Source: a virus (taxonomy: Duplodnaviria > Caudoviricetes). Taken from it: a stretch of 36,821 bases of DNA. This document shows, piece by piece, positions 34,192 through 36,821 of this stretch. Each line of letters opens with the position of its first letter. Position 1 is the first letter of the stretch. Location: the IMG/VR virus record IMGVR_UViG_3300044941_000515, positions 1 to 36,821 of that record; one strand, written 5' to 3'. The position numbers and the translations under genes are program-made. The notes beneath the pieces are model-generated. The model saw nothing but the letters and a program-made list of their open reading frames with translations, was not told the origin of the DNA and did no database searches.

Positions 34192-34611
34192 TCAGAAGGG
34201 AATTTCGCTGTCTTCGAAATCGTCCAGCGGCGGCAGTCCGCGCAGCGCGCGCGACTGCTGGTGCTGCTGGCGTTCGTAGGCGTGGATCACCGCGTCGATG
34301 ACGTGCAGCGCCTGCCGCTGCGAGTACTGCGCCAGCGGCACGGCGAAGCCGACCGCGTCGGCGGCGTTGCCGAGCGCGAGCAGGCAGGCGCGCTGGGCAT
34401 CGGGGGACAAGGGCAGAGTCACGGGAACAAGCTCCTCCAGCGCCGCCGGTTGGTGCCGGCGGCGGGTGTCGTAGAGTTGGTGGAAGGCGTCCTGGCAGCG
34501 GCGCGAGCAGAAGGCCCAGCGGTGCGGGTAACGCCGTGGATCGATGGGCGGGTGTCTCAGGTCAAGGTGACCGAACCCGCGCGCCGGTTGGCCGCAGGCC
34601 CAACACCGCAC
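34192..34611 (-). CDS. DUF6511-like protein with an N-terminal Zn-finger and an SSB-like acidic C-terminal tail
   Basis: CWAC...FCSRRCQ; ends DDFEDSEIPF. Confidence 0.7.
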   Translation of the reverse strand: MRCWACGQPARGFGHLDLRHPPIDPRRYPHRWAFCSRRCQDAFHQLYDTRRRHQPAALEELVPVTLPLSPDAQRACLLALGNAADAVGFAVPLAQYSQRQALHVIDAVIHAYERQQHQQSRALRGLPPLDDFEDSEIPF

Positions 34612-34620
34612 GGGCGCGCC

Positions 34621-35214
34621 TTACTGCGCCCACGTCGGGCGGCCGGTCGGTGCCGCCGGCCCGGCGTGCCTCGCAGCAGGCGCGGCCACACGCGCCGCCG
34701 CACCGGCCGCGGGCGGCGCGCCCGGCGGATAGTCGGGCTGGCCGGGTTCCACTGCCTGTTTGATGATGTTCTTCGGGTCCCCCCGCCCGTCGCGCTCGAC
34801 GTCGATCTTCGCGACGAAGGCGATGCCCTCCAGTTCGTGGAAGCCCTGGATGCGGCGCGCGGCGGCGGCCTGCGGACTGTTGTCCTCCGGTCGCACGTTG
34901 CGCGCGGAGTTGAGTAGCGCGCGCAGGAAGCTGCGGCCCATGCCGGTCCAGGTCGGCCCCTTCGGGCTGTACAGGCCGACGTTGCTCCACAGTTTCCGTT
35001 TCGCGAATGGGCCTTCGAGCACGACGAACTCGCAGGCCAGATAGATCGCGCCGGTCTCGTCGCTGCGCGTGGCCCAGCCGCCGGTCCAGCCTTGCGACGG
35101 GTCGTTGTAGCCGCCGGGCTTGATCGTCATCCGCACCCAGGCGACGGTGCCCTTCGGGATGAGATCGAAGGTCTGCTGCTGTTCGGCATCGTTGAAATCG
35201 TTCCAGACGGTCAT
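34621..35214 (-). CDS. Putative phage single-stranded DNA-binding protein
   Basis: DFNDAEQQQTFDLIPKGT and YLACEFVVLEGPFAKRKLW, with a Pro/Ala-rich tail; directly follows the Sak4-like ATPase. Confidence 0.65.
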   Translation of the reverse strand: MTVWNDFNDAEQQQTFDLIPKGTVAWVRMTIKPGGYNDPSQGWTGGWATRSDETGAIYLACEFVVLEGPFAKRKLWSNVGLYSPKGPTWTGMGRSFLRALLNSARNVRPEDNSPQAAAARRIQGFHELEGIAFVAKIDVERDGRGDPKNIIKQAVEPGQPDYPPGAPPAAGAAARVAAPAARHAGPAAPTGRPTWAQ

Positions 35215-36095
35215 GCGGTCTCCTGCGCGGCGGTGGCCGCGTGCGAAGTAGTGGTCGTGGGCGCGGGGCGCGTGAAGTCGAGCCGTTCGAGCGCGGGGCG
35301 CGCGCTGCCGGCGATCTTCTGCATCAGGCGGCCGAGGTGCGGTTCCTCGATCAGGTCCAGGCGACCGGAACGGTCCTTGGCCGGGTAGCCCCACGGATTG
35401 AGGGTGTGGCAGACGAAGGCGCGGTACGCCGTGCCGTCATCCGCGGCGATATCGGTCATCGTGACGACCTCGTCGACGATGCCCGGCAGTTCGAGGCCGG
35501 TCTTGCTGCCGTCGATCTGCAGTTGCAGGATCCGGCGGCCGAAGTCGTCGATCTTCTCCTCGAGGATGCCGACGAACCACACGCTCTTGCCGCGCGTGTG
35601 CTGCAGGTGGGTGAGCCACGCGATCATCTCCTGGCCCATGAGGCCGTAGGCGCCGCGCATGTCCGGCTTGCCGGTCTTGTCGGAGTACGCCTGCGGCTGG
35701 CCCTTGCTCCACTGCAGGCACAACCGGCCGGCGACAGTGATCGAGTCGACGAACAACGTGTGGTACTTCGCCAACTGCGCCGGATCGCCGTAGCGTGCGC
35801 AGGCGGCGTCGTAATGCGCTTGGCTGTAGGCCTGGTCGTCGCGCAGCGCCGGGTTCGGGCCGCCGATGTACACGGCCAGGTCGCGGCACTCGCTCCAGGT
35901 CCTCGGGCGCAGGCTGTCGCCGGCCCAGTCCTCGACCGCGAGGTCGCCCGCCTCCAGATCAAGGAACAGGGTCGAGCCCGCGTCGAGCGTCCACAGTTGC
36001 GAGGTCTTGCCGATGCCGGATTTGCCGATCAGCACGCCCTTCACGCCGCGGCGCTCGGACATGCGCTGATCGGCGCCGATGATGGGAAGGGGCAT
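35211..36095 (-). CDS. AAA_24 / Sak4-like ATP-binding recombination protein
   Basis: Walker A GKSGIGKT, LFLDLEAG, Walker B LFVDSIT and AKDRSGRL. Confidence 0.88.
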   Translation of the reverse strand: MPLPIIGADQRMSERRGVKGVLIGKSGIGKTSQLWTLDAGSTLFLDLEAGDLAVEDWAGDSLRPRTWSECRDLAVYIGGPNPALRDDQAYSQAHYDAACARYGDPAQLAKYHTLFVDSITVAGRLCLQWSKGQPQAYSDKTGKPDMRGAYGLMGQEMIAWLTHLQHTRGKSVWFVGILEEKIDDFGRRILQLQIDGSKTGLELPGIVDEVVTMTDIAADDGTAYRAFVCHTLNPWGYPAKDRSGRLDLIEEPHLGRLMQKIAGSARPALERLDFTRPAPTTTTSHAATAAQETA

Positions 36096-36096
36096 G

Positions 36097-36576
36097 TCAG
36101 GTCTCCTCGTTCGGCGTCAGCCGGTACGTCGGCTTGCCGGGCTTGACGGTGCGCGCGGCCTCGAACTGCGAGCGCAGCGTCGACGGCCAGTTCTGGAAGC
36201 GCGACTCAGAAATGCTGTAGCTCACGTCGATGAATTCCTCGACGGACTCGCCCGCGGCATCGATGCGCTTGGCGATCGTCGCCAGTTGCGTCTGGTCCCA
36301 GGTCACGCGCTTGGAGACATCCACGGTCAGGCGCATCTCGCCGTCGGCAACGTGGACCACGCCGAAGTCCTTGCCGCCGTCGTTGCGCGCGCTGCGGATG
36401 CGGTCGCCGTAGGTCTGCTCCAGCGCGGCGTCGAAGCGGGCCTTGACCTGCTTCAGCCAGTCGCCGGCCTGCTCCAGTTGCTTCGCGAGCAGGAGTTTCT
36501 GCTGGGGAGAGAGCGCCGCCAGTTGGGCGACGGTGAGTTCGGCGAGTTCCGCCGGCAGGAGGGTGAGGTCGGTCAT
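36097..36576 (-). CDS. Conserved hypothetical phage protein
   Basis: GAGGA RBS before ATG 36576; KRVTWDQ..L and ARTVKPGKPTY motifs. Confidence 0.8.
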   Translation of the reverse strand: MTDLTLLPAELAELTVAQLAALSPQQKLLLAKQLEQAGDWLKQVKARFDAALEQTYGDRIRSARNDGGKDFGVVHVADGEMRLTVDVSKRVTWDQTQLATIAKRIDAAGESVEEFIDVSYSISESRFQNWPSTLRSQFEAARTVKPGKPTYRLTPNEET

Positions 36577-36587
36577 GATCGTCGTCC

Positions 36588-36821
36588 TCACGCGAACGCG
36601 CGTTCGCCGGTGCCGCGGCGCAGCGCCTGGCGTTCATAGGCCTCGACGTCCTCGCGACGGTAACTGACGCGATTGCCGAGCTTCAGGTAGACGGGGCCGA
36701 TCCCCATCCGGCGCCACTGCTGCAGGGTGCGGTGGGAGATGTCCCAGCGCCGGGCGAGCTGGTTCTCATCGAAGGCGCGAGCGTCGTCGGAGACGCCTTG
36801 CGCGGAAGTGCGGTCTTGCAT
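36588..36821 (-). CDS. AlpA/excisionase-like helix-turn-helix DNA-binding protein
   Basis: LARRWDISHRTLQQWR..GIGPVYLKLGNRVSYRREDVEAYE. Confidence 0.88.
   Translation of the reverse strand: MQDRTSAQGVSDDARAFDENQLARRWDISHRTLQQWRRMGIGPVYLKLGNRVSYRREDVEAYERQALRRGTGERAFA

Larger units (their letters stand above)
1..36821 (-). mobile_element. Prophage / temperate siphophage (lambda-like head and cos, non-contractile tail); boundaries lie outside the window
   Basis: Contiguous, translationally coupled replication, methylase, packaging, head, lysis and tail genes in canonical order. No integrase or att site seen. Confidence 0.96.

Overview
This window is most of a temperate siphophage/prophage from a high-GC (roughly 70% by eye) proteobacterium, with nearly all genes on the minus strand. 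Read right to left, it starts with a replication/recombination module: HTH, AAA/Sak4-like ATPase, SSB-like protein, PD-(D/E)XK nuclease, a P4-type primase-helicase interrupted by one in-frame TAA, and a RuvC-like resolvase. Next come a putative late regulator, a lambda-like cos site, two ParB-DNA methyltransferase fusions and a C5 methyltransferase. These are followed by a lambda-like head module (TerS, TerL/gpA, gpW, portal, S49 protease with nested scaffold, gpD, gpE), a GH108 endolysin, and a non-contractile tail with a D3112/YuA-style tip. No integrase, att site or repressor is visible, so the element probably extends past the window. The most notable observations are: (1) a 31-bp motif, CTTGGCTTC-N6-GAACAGCGCGTTCATG, in 6 good copies plus 1 degenerate copy, each just upstream of small accessory genes in three separate places, suggesting a dispersed co-regulated (possibly anti-defence) regulon; (2) a C5 methyltransferase apparently split over two overlapping frames, the second carrying motif IX and four TRD-like repeats; (3) a cosQ/cosN-like site about 6 kb from the terminase genes; (4) a nonsense codon in the primase; (5) a hairpin with an alternating purine/pyrimidine core that may be the origin; (6) shared short linear motifs in the replication proteins. 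All family assignments come from motif recognition and synteny, not database searches.
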